The position numbers and the translations under genes are program-made. From Malacoraja senta (taxonomy: Eukaryota): a stretch of DNA of 64,000 nucleotides. Location: contig CM075987.1 in NCBI GenBank assembly GCA_038087875.1, forward strand, positions 21,266,001-21,330,000. The letters are read 5' to 3'. This document shows, in pieces, positions 23,836 to 35,758 of this stretch. Within the stretch, counting starts at the first letter, position 1, and every line of letters begins with the position of its first letter. The notes under the pieces are model-generated. The model had not been told where the DNA came from. It saw only the letters and a program-made list of their open reading frames with translations, and searched no databases.

Positions 23836-24169
23836 GTAAGAATAACTTTTTTCACTGTATGCTTCCTTACATTATGCCTTTGGTCAAGTGGAGGAAGCCA
23901 TAATGGTTTAATGGAAGACAGATATCCCCATTAAACGTGGGTATCTTTGGATGGTTCTCGGTGTCATAAAAGACCCTGAATAGTCTTGTCTGTAGTTCGT
24001 GGCTTAACAAGGGCGGGTTGACAGAAACCAAACATTATTTTTCTTAGGAATTTGCGAAGATCACTTATCAAAGATAGTGTGGTTTCTGATTTTTGTTTGC
24101 TTTTGCAGATTGCAATAAAATGGAAAATGCACCCTTTTGTTATTGAGAAACAAGGTCAGTGTTGGAGAT

Positions 24170-25785
24170 ATCAGTGGAGAATACAAATATGCTAGGGCAG
24201 TTTGAGATTGAGAAGGAGGTGATGCTGAGGCTATTGAAGACATTAAGGTAAATAAGTTCCCAAGGCTTGGTGGGATCTATTTAGGGTTATTTAGGGAGGC
24301 AAGAGCAGAGATTACAGAGGCCTTGATGAGGATCTTTGTTTCTTCTCCAGTCAAAGGCGAGGTCCCAGAGGGCTGGTGAATGGCCGATGTTGTTCCTTTG
24401 TTTAAGAAAGGAAGTAGAGAGAATCCAGACAACTATAAGCATGTGAGCCTCACATAAACTAGTGGGAGGGAAACTATTGGAGAGAATTCTTCATGATAGG
24501 ATTTACTCCCATTTGGAAAAGAATGGGTTAATTAGGGATGACCTACATGGTTTTGTACGCATCAGGTCCTGTCTCAATAACTTGATTGAGGTTTTTAAGG
24601 TGACGAAGGAGATTGAAGGTAGGGCGGTGAATGTTGTGTTCATGGATTTTATCAAGGCATTTGATAAGGTCAGTCATGGTAGGGTGATCCAGAAGATTAA
24701 GATGTATCAGATTCATTATGACTTGGTCGTATGGATTCAGAACTGATTTATTCATAGAAGACAGGGTTATGGAGGTGGGTAGATATTCTGTCTGGAGGTC
24801 TGTGACCAGTGCAGTTCTGCAGGGATCTGTGCTAGGACCTCTGCTGTTTGTGATATAAATAAATTATTGAAACCTAAATGTAGATGGGTTGGTGAGTAAG
24901 TTTGGTGATAACACCAAAATTGGAGGAGTTGCAAACAGTGAGAAATGCTGTCAGAAGATACAGCGGGATATAGACCAGCTGTAGAAATGGTGGAGAAATT
25001 TGCAAATGGAGTTAAACCCGAGCAAGTGTGAGGTGTACTTTGGGAGGTTGAATGTAAGGAGACAGTAAACAGTTAATGACAAGACCCTTAACAGCATTGA
25101 TGTGCAGAGGGATCTTGAAGTCCAAGTTCATAGCTCACTGAATGTGGCAGCGCAGTAGATAGAGTAGTTAAGAAAACATATGGTATGCTTGCCTTCATTG
25201 CTGGGCGCAGTGAGTATAAAATTCACGAAGTTACGATGCAGCTCTACAGGACTTTGGTTAGGCCACATTTGGATTATTGCGTGCAGTTCTGGTCACCCAT
25301 TACAGGTAAGATGGGAGGCTGTGGAAAGGGTGCAGAGGAAGTTTACCAGAATGCTGCCTGGATTAGAGAGTTTCAGCTACAGAGGTTGGGTAGACTTGGA
25401 TTGATTTCTCTGGAACATCGGAGGTTGGGTTGAGACTTGGTAGAAATATATACAATTATGAGAGGTGTAGATGGGGTAGAATCTTTTTCCTATGATGGAA
25501 ATGTCCAACACTGAAGGACATTGTTATAAGGTGAGAGGGGGAAACTTTAATGGAGATGCAGGTTTTTTACACAGTGATGGGGGTCGAATGCACTGCCAGG
25601 GGGTGGTGGAGGCTGATACAAAAGTGGAATTTAAGAGGCTTTTGGATAGGCGTACGGAAGTGTAGGGAATAGAAGGATATGGATCATGTACGTATGGGCA
25701 GATGACATCAGTTTAACTTAGCATCATGTTCGACACAAACGTGGGGTGAAAGGCCCTTTCCTGTGCTGTATTATTCTATGTTCAT
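24170..25785 (+). mobile_element. CR1 LINE, 5'-truncated and degraded
   Basis: RT-like peptides (HGF..RSCLNNLIE.F, MDF.KAFDKV.H, LVRPHLDYCVQFWSP) with frameshifts. Confidence 0.88.
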
Positions 25786-26098
25786 TTTCTATGAATAGGT
25801 AATACTAATTATGTAGGAAATCCCCACAATAGCAGAAAAAACACTGTTCCAATTAAGCATGATGACAAGCTTGGATTTCAAAGTCTATAGATTTGCACTA
25901 AGAGATGGCCAAAGGCGATATGGCTTTCTCGTTTTGATTGTAAAATCAGAAATCTCTATTGTTAAATAATGAAGAAGTCTTGATGGTAGTTTGGGGGGTG
26001 GGGGGGGGGATCTTTATTCCAAGAAAATTCCCATCTAGTGCAATTTAGTTTAACATTGTGATGATCCACAAGGAAAATGCTAAAAGTGAATTTATTTA

Positions 26099-26418
26099 AG
26101 GCCCTGTCCTACTTTCCCCGAGTTACTCACGAGCTCTCCCGAGTTTTCCCCTTGATTCGAACTCGGGGAATGTCGGGTAATGTCGGTAGCGAGCTCGTAG
26201 GAGTCCGTAGATGTTTCGTAGCGGCTCGTAATGTCAGCCGTAGGAACTCGGGGCATCAGGTGAGTCGGGGCGTTTTTTCAACATGTTGAAAAATGACCAT
26301 GAGTAAAACAAATAGCCCCGAGTACCTACGAATGGCTATAACCTTAATTCACCGAGTTCGAATCAAGGGGAAAACTCGGGAGAGTTCGTGAGTAACTCGG
26401 GAAAGTGGGATAGGGCCT
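26099..26418. mobile_element. PIF/Harbinger-type MITE with ~68-bp TIRs
   Basis: AGGCCCTGTCCTACTTTCCCCGAGTTACTCACGAG... and its near-perfect reverse complement at the right end; TTA TSD at 26096-26098 and 26419-26421. Confidence 0.85.
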
Positions 26419-26812
26419 TTACTCGTGGATCTCTCATTGATCATGATGCCCTGTTATGCCAAGTGACAGTGATACAATTTGGGCCTAAACCTGGTGAAAT
26501 TTCAGGAGGAAGGTTTTGTGAATTGTTTTTATCTTTTGTAACAGTTTGTAAATTCTGGTTGAGGAAACGAAAGTAAAAAAAATGGGATATGTTTGTTTTT
26601 TTGCAACTCTTGATTCACGTATGTATCTTTGGAAATGAGGAATTGTTTGTGTAAATGATGCACAAGATACTATGATGATTTGTATGCCACATGTCAATTA
26701 ACAAAGCAAGTATTGTGCTTTTGCTAACTATCCCTCTCTGTTCAAATTGGTCTTGATTCCCACTGAATGACAGGGTTTACTGAGAAAACAAGTGTAAATA
26801 TGTATCTTATAG

Positions 26813-26992
26813 ATGCTGAGTACCATGAGTTCACTGAAAGTAACGATCCAGCAGAGCAGTGAGAGTCGGGCAATCAGTACATCTGCAGCTGATTCTGGAT
26901 CCATGGGCAATGAGGAGTCTGGGGAGGAGTTGGAATCCATGCCTATCAAGTTCATCTGTTATATCTGTAATGTCAACTGCTATAATCAAAAG
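26813..26992 (+). CDS. CIZ1: CIZ1 coding exon 8 (SLKVTIQQSSESR motif; start of ZF1)
   Basis: Matches human SLKVTILQSSDSRAFST and FCYIC; donor AAG|GTAAGG. Confidence 0.93.
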
Positions 26993-27649
26993 GTAAGGCA
27001 AGTGGCACTGACTTGTATAATTGAATGAACAATGGAAAGGATCTTTGATCATTTGTATAATCCTCTTAAGGTAGCTATTCACATGAAAGACTACAAACAA
27101 GCTTAATTTAAATGACGAGGAATCTAGTTTGTAATTGGGAAGACCAGTTCATACCTGTAAAGAAGTTATTATTGATGCAACAGCCGCCCAGGCAAGGCTG
27201 TGCAGTAAATGTATCTGCACCAATCCATGGGGACCTTCTGCTTGCAACAATTGCACAGAAGATGGTAATTCACAATGGTTCCCTCTGGAGGTGGTATTGG
27301 ATGGATGTATCGTGGGGATATGCACAGATGCAGTCTGAGCCATATCCCTCTGTTTACAGTGGCAAATTGGATCAGCAACACACCTTTATTCTGATGAAGT
27401 AGCCAGATTTCCCCTGTATCCTACACTTTAACACTTGCACTCAGCTCGGAGCAGAATTGCTTCCATTTGAATGGGGAATAAGGTGAATTTTATGATACTG
27501 TACGAAAGTTTAAAAGCCAGAGCAATAGGCTGCCAAATTACTGTGCTTTATATACTGTCACCTGACAGACTCACATTTTTGCAAGTTTATGCAGCTTGAA
27601 GACAACCGTCTTTGCAACTCTCGAAGTAATTTATCTAAAACAATGTCAT

Positions 27650-28170
27650 AGTGATACAATGTGGAAACAGGCCCTTTGGCCCAACTCTTCCACACCGGCC
27701 AAGAATGTCCCAGTTACACTAGTCCCACTTTCCTGCACTTGGTCCATATCCCTCCAAACCTGCCATATCCATGTACCTGTCTAATTGTTTCTCTGGCAGC
27801 TTGTCCATACACCCACCACCCTTTGTCTAATTGTTTCTCTGGCAGCTTGTCCATACACCCACCACCCTTTGTGTGAAAAAGCTACCCCTCGGATTCCTAT
27901 TAAGTCTTTACCCCTTCACCTTGAACCTATGTCCTCTGGCCCTCGATTCCCCTGCTCTGGGCAAAAGACTCTGTGCATCTACCCGATCTGTTCCTCTCAT
28001 GATTTTGTATACCTCTGTAAGATCTCCCCTCATCCGCCTGTGCTCCATGGAATAGAGACCCAGCCTACTCAACCTCTCCTTATAGTTCACACCCTCTAGT
28101 CCTGACAACATCCTCAAATTTTTTCTGAACCCTTTCACGCTTGACAATATGTTTCCCCATAACCTGGTGC
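27650..28170 (-). mobile_element. CR1 LINE 3' fragment containing a 46-bp tandem duplication (27781-27872)
   Basis: ERLSRLGLYSMEHRRMRGDLTEVYKIM on the minus strand; exact duplicated unit CTAATTG...CTTTGT. Confidence 0.82.
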
Positions 28171-28479
28171 CCAGCACTTGTCTTAGAAATTGTATAATGC
28201 AATAAGTGAAGGAGAAATGCATAATACAGCAAAGACTCCACGTGTCTTATGGAATGCCCTGTCAGCAAAGACTTGTCAAGTTATTGTCAAGGTAAGCATT
28301 TGAGAAAGGCGCTTGACAAGTTCTCGCAATATTGGTTGGATGACGGATGCAGAAATGCGCTCAAAGCAAATGTAAATCTTGTCTCTGAAGAAAACTTATG
28401 ATTCTGTCCACTATTGCTTGGATTTTGCATATTTGGTTAAAAAATTGTTAATGTCTCAATTTACTTTTTTCTTTCAAAG

Positions 28480-28604
28480 AACTTTCAGAAGCACATGATA
28501 GGGACACGCCACCATCAGAGACTCTTGGAGATTCAGCAGATGAGTAATGCTTGTATGTCCACATTAATTCCAGCGACAAGCTCAGTGGGAAGAAGCAGAG
28601 AAAG
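28480..28604 (+). CDS. CIZ1: CIZ1 coding exon 9 (ZF1 end)
   Basis: NFQKHMIGTRHHQRLLEIQQMSNACMSTLIP resembles human EFQDHMSEPQHQQRLGEIQHMSQACLLSLLP. Confidence 0.92.
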
Positions 28605-28957
28605 GTGGGTGCAATTGCTGGCGATTGATAATTTGGAGTGCTTTGAAATACTTGACATTAAAATCGCTACAGAAAGAAATCTCTAAGTGTTGAATTATGT
28701 ATAATCTTCAGCACAAACAGATTACTCAGGTTAATTGTTCAAACGCCGGTTTTATATTCCCAAGCCTCTTTCTACCTCACTTTTGAATCTTGCAAGTATA
28801 ATTTTAATTTTCTATCCTGTATTTATCTAGCATTCCCTAAATATTCCAGTTGTGTCCAAACACTCCCCACTGGAGCAATTTTTGGAAGGTGAGATCAGGT
28901 AAAATCTGAGGACGGGATACCCCAGCCAGTTCTAAGTAACTCTTTCTTGTTTTACAG

Positions 28958-29045
28958 TGACAAAAAACGACCCAGATGGTGTAGTACCTGCCAGGGTCAT
29001 TTCAGAGGGAATATAATTGAGCACCGCAGGACACAGACACACAAG
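28958..29045 (+). CDS. CIZ1: CIZ1 coding exon 10 (ZF2)
   Basis: RWCSTCQGHFRGNIIEHRRTQTHK resembles human RWCNTCQLYYMGDLIQHRRTQDHK; GT-AG bounded. Confidence 0.93.
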
Positions 29046-30679
29046 GTAGACAGAAAATCTTTCCACAGATATTGCTTGTGTTGTACTACCATTTGATGAA
29101 TGTCTTTAGTGAAAAGTTAGTTTTCCTTTTAAATATTGAGAGCTCCTCTGAAGCTTTGGACTAACATTTCAGGTGTTAACAAATCTTGTGCATTTAAAGC
29201 ATTTTCTGTCTTGCTTTTGTTTAAATATGCTAAAATATTTTTACTACAACAAAATATCCTCAAAACATTTTGGGTTGCATCATCATGAGTCAAGTCAAGA
29301 ATGTTCTATGTCGTTTGTCTCAAAACAGAACAATGAAATTCTTACTTGCAGCAGCACAACAGATATGTAAACATAGTTTTATGTAAATACAATGCAAATA
29401 ATAATGGCAGGAGTGAAATGAGAGTGTGACCAGGGGGTGGTCTGAGTCTCTGATGCTACCTGCCTTCTTGAGGATATAACGCTTGTAGATCCCTGTAGCT
29501 GGAGGGCAGGTCAGTACCCGTAATGGACTGGCAGTTTAGAGATACACTGCAGAAACAGGCCCTTTGGCCCACTGAGTCCGTGTCAACCAGCGATCCCTGT
29601 ACACAACACTATCCTACACACACTAGGGACAATTTACAATTTTACCAAGCCAATTAGCCCACAAACCTATAAGTTTTTGGAGTGTGGGAGGAAACCGGAG
29701 CTCCCCGAGAAAACTCACACAAATCACGGGGATGTTCAATAGGTTTTCCTTATCAAAGGTGAACAAATCTAGAAGATGCAGTTTAGGGTAAGGGGTAGGA
29801 GATTTGGAGGGAATCTGAGGAGAAGCTTTCTGCGAAAGAGTGATGAGTGCTTGGGTTGTACTGCCAGATAGAATGCTGAAAATGGTCGCTGACGGCATTT
29901 AAGAAGTGTCCACATAAGCACTTCAATCGCCTAGGCATTTAAGGCTATGGGCTAAATGCTGAAAGATGGGATTAATAGGGATGGCTTCCCACTGGTTGGT
30001 ACGGGCATGATGGTCTGAATGGCCTGTTTCCATGCTGTAATACGCTATTCTGTTAGAATTGCAAAGGGTGGAGTGAGACTACTTTGATTCCAATTGCCTG
30101 TAAATTATCATTGTAGAAAAATAATAAAATGATTTGTTAAAAAGCCTCCAACTTTGAAAATGATGATACTGCTGTTGGATTTGATGCTCATACTTGTGTG
30201 TAGTACTGGAAAAAACAAAGCACAAAGTACTGAAGTAAATCAGCAGATTAGGTAGCATCTCTGGGGAACATGTATAGGCGATGATTCGGGTCGAGACCCT
30301 CCAGACTGATTGTAGTGGTACTGGAATCTGTATGACAGAAGGTCACTCAGGGAAGGGAAGTCACAACTGAAGGACTTTTATTTTCATCATGTCATAATGC
30401 CCAGCTGTGCAAAACAATTTGACGGCCCATACGTTGTTTTGAAATTTGCTCTGACACTATTTGTGTATATTCTTTCCGGGTTGTTGGTGCAGTGGTGCAT
30501 GCATGATCTTTAATTTCGAGGTGGATGTAGCCCCAGCCAAAACTATGTGAATAGTATAATAATCAAGAAACTGGCTCTCCATTTCTTTTGTGTTCCATTT
30601 TTTTTTTTAAATTGAAACCACTAGGCAAATCTCGTCCCATGCTGCAGCTACGTCATTTATGTTCTCTGTTTCTCACTAG

Positions 30680-30793
30680 CTTTCTAAGTACTCTCTGCGG
30701 CCTTTCTGCACTGTTTGCAGCAGACATTTCAAAACCCCCCGCAAGTTTGTGGAGCACATGAAGTCGCCAGAACACAAGCAGAAAGTGGAAGAG
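30680..30793 (+). CDS. CIZ1: CIZ1 coding exon 11 (ZF3)
   Basis: LSKYSLRPFCTVCSRHFKTPRKFVEHMKSPEHKQKVEE resembles human SLRPFCTVCNRYFKTPRKFVEHVKSQGHK. Confidence 0.95.
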
Positions 30794-32257
30794 GTACACT
30801 AACCTTTTTTCTAACCTTTTCACTTGTTTCCACAGTGGGATTTGTGGGACATTTTTAGGTCAATTTACTTTCATGCATTTGGAATAGCTATTCCTGTGCC
30901 CTAGAGCAGTGCAGATGAATTACAGCGTTCAATGGCAACATTTATACGGAACCTTCAATGTATTGAAACTGAAATGGGGCTTCACAATTGTGTTATTGAA
31001 TAAATTTTTACCAATGAGACACAAGTTGATGTTAGAACAGCTGAACAAGTGACGTCTAAGAGGTGAGTTTTATAAATTATCGTAAAAAAAATAATACTGT
31101 TATAGTTTATTATGGATGTTTCAGAGCCTGGATGAGTGGAAAAACAGATTGGCAGAGACTGGGTGTAAAATCAGGCATGTGCAAGAAGCTGGCATTAAGG
31201 AAGCAGGGAGTTCTTGAATGGATGTAGGAGTAATTGAGATTGCAGATAATTAGGAGGACCAACATCATGAAGTGACTTGAATACTTGAACAATGAGGATT
31301 TTCAATTTGAGGTTTTGCTGTCTTAGGACAAGTGTAAAGGCAATGACCAAGGTGCTTTGTGATGATTGGACTGTTATCCATGACTTGCCTAGAGACCATT
31401 GAGATACTTATCTGAAAAATGTCTTCATTTGGACATGTTCTTTAGGATCCCAATTTTGCACTTGGACTTGGTTTTGTCAGCTTTAGAAAGTTGTGTGTTC
31501 AACTCCATACCCAGAGTAGGGTAATATTTATGTGCAATGCATTCTTTTAATAGACCTACGTTCTTATTTGAATGGTCAAATGGATGTTAAAGCTGAAAAG
31601 TATTGCATTCAGCTGACAGAGCCCAAAAGGCAGATTTCAATCATAATCAAGTGCTGTTTGTATGGAATTTGCACCTTTTCACTGTGCATAGATTTCTTCC
31701 AAGTTCTTTGGTTTCCTCCCAGACCCCACACTGTAATTTGCCTCCAGTGTAGAGATATGTAGTATCTGGGGGTGTTGAAGAGAATGTTTAGAACATTTTT
31801 TAAAATGGGATTAATGTAGCATTACTGAAATATGAGTAATTAACAGTCTGCAGTTTGATTGCAGGGTTGATGGACCTGTTTCTTTTTTGTATTGCTCAAT
31901 GACTTGTTATAATCTTTTTAAATAATGCTCTTTTCTCCTGCTAAAAAGATAGAAATTATGCACATTTCCTTCTGACCCTGAGATCAACAGGTGTGTTTTG
32001 GCTAAGTAGGTCTAACTATTTGGAAAGAATGCACCAATCCATGTCCTGCATTAGAAGCAGCCAGATGAACTTAATTTACTTAAGAACTTTTTTGATTATA
32101 AACTCGGCTCATTTTCTGAAAACTTACAAACATAAGTATACTAAATACAGTTTGGTATTAGTTATTTTTATTGACTGTCCAAACCAAGATTAAAATGGCT
32201 CTTCCGGATAGCTGTTTGGGATGCAAGTATCCAAACGTGTAAATAAAAATGTTTGTT

Positions 32258-32469
32258 CTTAGACACAAAAAGCTGGAGTAACTCAGAGGGACAGGCAGCA
32301 TCTCTGGAGAGAAGGAATGGATGACGTTTCGGGTCGAGACCCTTCTTCAGACTCGACCCGAAACGTCACCCATTCCTTCTCTCCAGAGATGCTGCCTGTC
32401 CCGCTGAGTTACTCCAGCTTTTTGTGTCTATCTTCGGTTTAAACCAGCATCTACAGTTCCTTCTTACAC
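32258..32469. mobile_element. Fold-back Penelope-like pLTR element with hammerhead-like core
   Basis: 79-nt inverted arms (32260-32338 and 32352-32430, 2 mismatches); 12-bp TSD AAAATGTTTGTT (32246-32257, 32470-32481). Confidence 0.85.
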
Positions 32470-32489
32470 AAAATGTTTGTTTTGTTTAG

Positions 32490-32768
32490 TTTAGTTTAGA
32501 CATGCAGTGTGGAAACAGGCCATTCGGCTCACCGAGTCCCCACCGACCAGTGATCCCCACACACACACTAGGGGCAATTTATATTTATACCAAGCCAATT
32601 AGCCTACAAACCTGTACGTCTTTGGAGTGTGGGAGGAAGCCGAAGATCTCTCAGAAAACCCACGCAGGTCAAGGGCATAAACTCCGTACAGACAAGCACC
32701 TATAGTGAGGATGGAACCCGGGTCTCTGGCGCTGTAAGGCAATAGCTCTACCGCCACGCCACCGTGCT
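32490..32768 (-). mobile_element. V-SINE copy
   Basis: V-domain core and tRNA-like head in reverse complement. Confidence 0.78.
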
Positions 32769-34010
32769 AATTGTAATGTATATAATCTGTGAACAAAAGG
32801 TAGAATTAATTATCTGTATCTTTAATAGAACAATATTTGTGCCGGAATAGGTCATACTTGTTACTCTCAACGATATCCAAGATGTAAGCTCCCTTGCATT
32901 AATTTCAAACAATTTTTTGGGCGGGATGTTAGAACATTAGAGGTAGAAATAGCGCATTCCGCCCCAATTGTCTACTGTGCTATTCTGTAAGATCATGTCT
33001 GATTTTGGTTTTGCTTTAACTCCAGTACCTGCGTTAACCCAACTGCGTTGATTTCCTTATTATCTATGTCTATCATTCTCTGCCTTGAATGTGCTTGGGG
33101 ACTGCCTCCATGTACTTTGGAGAAGAATTTTAAAGGGTTTATATTGCTATTCCATGAGTGGAGAGATTTTTTATCTGAGTGCTGAATGCCCAACCCTTTG
33201 TACTGGTCCTTTCAGGTCTTTTCAAGAATTTTGAAGGACTTGATGAGATCACTTTCAGAGCCATCTTAAATCGGTATTCCCACATTGCACCGCAATTTGA
33301 CACAAATGAAATTTTGATGAGACCAGTTCACAGGATGGTTAAACAACATTGCTGGGTGTCAGGAGTCGCCTCGGCCAAACCAAGCAATGGTAGACTTCCC
33401 TTCTTAGACATTAATAAATAATTTATTAATGATAATTTAATAATTTATGCAATGATAGATTAATGCTCGCCTTGATTGATGTTGCAAGATTTTGATCACA
33501 AATTTAATAGACTGTCTTTAAAATCTTTTACAACAGTTACATTTATATTCATGTCCCTATATCATTGGTACATAAAAAATAACAAAACAAGTATCTTATA
33601 GGAGAGCATCTCCACCAGTGATTTTTCATAACTCATTCTGGTATCTCTGGACACATCCAAGGGTTTGTCCTTTGCTCCCTCTTCTTCTTCCACCTGTCCC
33701 AAGGCAGAAGCATCCAAATATTTCTGTCTTTAAAACATTTTAAAATTTTGCATTTGTGTTGATGAACCTCTTCTCTTGACTTTTCCATACATAGGTAATG
33801 TTAATTGCTAATGCAAAGTCCAAATATGGACAATTCATTTAAAAACTGGAACTATCTAAGCCACATAATTGAGAGTTGGAAGGGTTGGTGGGTTGATACT
33901 TGGGGAAGGTTTTCAGGAAATATACACATTTGAGATTTAGGCAGGTATACCACTTCTTTACGTTCATCACCCTGTGTAATTGTACATTGTTAAATTGCAT
34001 TTGTTGCCAG

Positions 34011-34175
34011 GTTAAACTGCAGCGCAGCTCCCTGGATAAAGATCAGGCTGGACAAGATGATCCAGAGGACATGATTACTGTTGATGCAGTTGGTTGCTTT
34101 GATGAAGATGATGAAGAAGGAATGACCGAGGGTGACGACTGCGATTCTGATAGTTTAAGTGAAAGTGATTCTCAG
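34011..34175 (+). CDS. CIZ1: CIZ1 coding exon 12 (acidic domain)
   Basis: MITVDAVGCFDEDDEE resembles human FITVDAVGCFEGDEEE; phases 0 and 0. Confidence 0.93.
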
Positions 34176-35205
34176 GTTTGTCAATATGCTGTCAGAACGG
34201 CTTGTAATTCCTCATTCCGTCATGTTTAAATAATAATTGTTACTCAATACAGTATGGATGATGAAACTATATCTTTAACTGTTCTATTACTGTTTTTTAT
34301 GTAGTTAATCTTTACAACTCTAATGAAATCATTTGTCATGGTAGATACATTTTTGTTTTAATGTGTTACCACAGGTACTCATTTGTACAGTATTGCTAAT
34401 GTACTAAAGGCTTTTCACCACATTATCAAAGTTTGACACCAATTGTATAAAATGAGGCAAGGGCAGATGACCAAACATCTTATGAAGGAGATTTTAAAGA
34501 GTATCTTAAATGAGGGTAGAAACAAAAGTTTAGAGAGGGATTTTAATAAATTGGGAGCCAGAGAATGGACGGAATAGCAATCATTACCAGCGTGAAGAAA
34601 ATATGTATGTGCACGAGCTTAAAGTCCCAGGCAGACAGAGCCAGAGTATATTGCATAAATGGGAAGGGTGGAAGAGATGGATTTTTAAATTAAGATGTTG
34701 AGAGATGAGTAGCAGTTAGTCTAGATTAGCAAATTATTTGGTAGGAATTGTCAATTCATTTTTTTCCAGGAAGCAAAGGAATTGCAGTAATAAAATGCAG
34801 CTCTAAAATAATGAAGATTATAAGACTAAAATTGATAAATACTCAATCAGAGTCATTGAAACAAATTTCACAAACTCTGAACAGATTGGAGGTTAAGAAT
34901 CACAAAGATTGGCAGTCGTGTGATGTGGTACTGCTGAAAGGATAGCTTATTTGGAGATTGAAACCTATTGAGAAAGAGGACAAAAAAATTGTGGGAATTG
35001 CTAATTATTTTTTTTAATTCCCTCATAAGAGGGAGAAGAAACACATAAAGGCCCTTTAGTTAGGAAATTAACAGTTAACCTGGTAGAGGTAATCATAAAT
35101 AAACTCAGCATGGAATGTAAGTTTTGGCCCAACTTGCCCATGCTGACCCAGTTGCCTACCTGAACTAGTCCCATTTGCCACATTTGGCCCATATCCCTCC
35201 AAACC

Positions 35206-35416
35206 GTTAGATTGACACAATAAGCTGGAGTAACTCAGCGGGTCAGACAGCATCGCGAGAGAAAAGGAATAGGTGACGTTTCGGATCGAGACACTCCTCA
35301 ACCTAAAACATCACCTATTCCTTTTCTCCAGAGATGTGTCTGACCTGCTGAGTTACTCCAGCTTTTTGTGTTTTATCTGTGGTTTAAACAAGCATCTGCA
35401 GTTCCTTCCTACACAT
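35206..35416. mobile_element. Fold-back Penelope-like pLTR element inserted in a CR1 tail
   Basis: Inverted arms (AGCTGGAGTAACTCAGC / GCTGAGTTACTCCAGCT); 12-bp TSD TCCCTC(C/T)AAACC at 35194-35205 and 35417-35428. Confidence 0.78.
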
Positions 35417-35706
35417 TCCCTCTAAACCTTTTCTATCCATGCATCTGTCTAACTGCCTTTGAAATAATATAATTTTTCTATTATTATTGCTTCTATTATT
35501 TCTTCTGGCAGTTCATTCCACATACTCACCACCCTCTGTGGAAAAGCTTGTTCCTTTCTCTCCCCCCCCCCCCCCCCCCTTCACCTCAAAATTATGCCCT
35601 CTGGTTTTGCTTGACATCTCTGAAATAACATGGTATTTACAATTTCTTGAATAAATGTGTATTTTAGAATGGGGGAGAAAAAAAAACATCTGCTTTGTAT
35701 ATTTAG

Positions 35707-35758
35707 ACCTTGATGCCAGAATACCGGAAGGAGCCATATGATACAGAGACTGTATATG
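35707..35758 (+). CDS. CIZ1: CIZ1 coding exon 13
   Basis: TLMPEYRKEPYDTETVYG, comparable to human ETYSPNTAYG; TTTAG| acceptor and G|GTGAGT donor. Confidence 0.85.

Noticed and set aside
27112-27402. Cys-rich ORFs and a possible 81-nt cassette (27184-27264)
   Set aside because: Poor polypyrimidine tract, no homology, and inclusion would split zinc finger 1.
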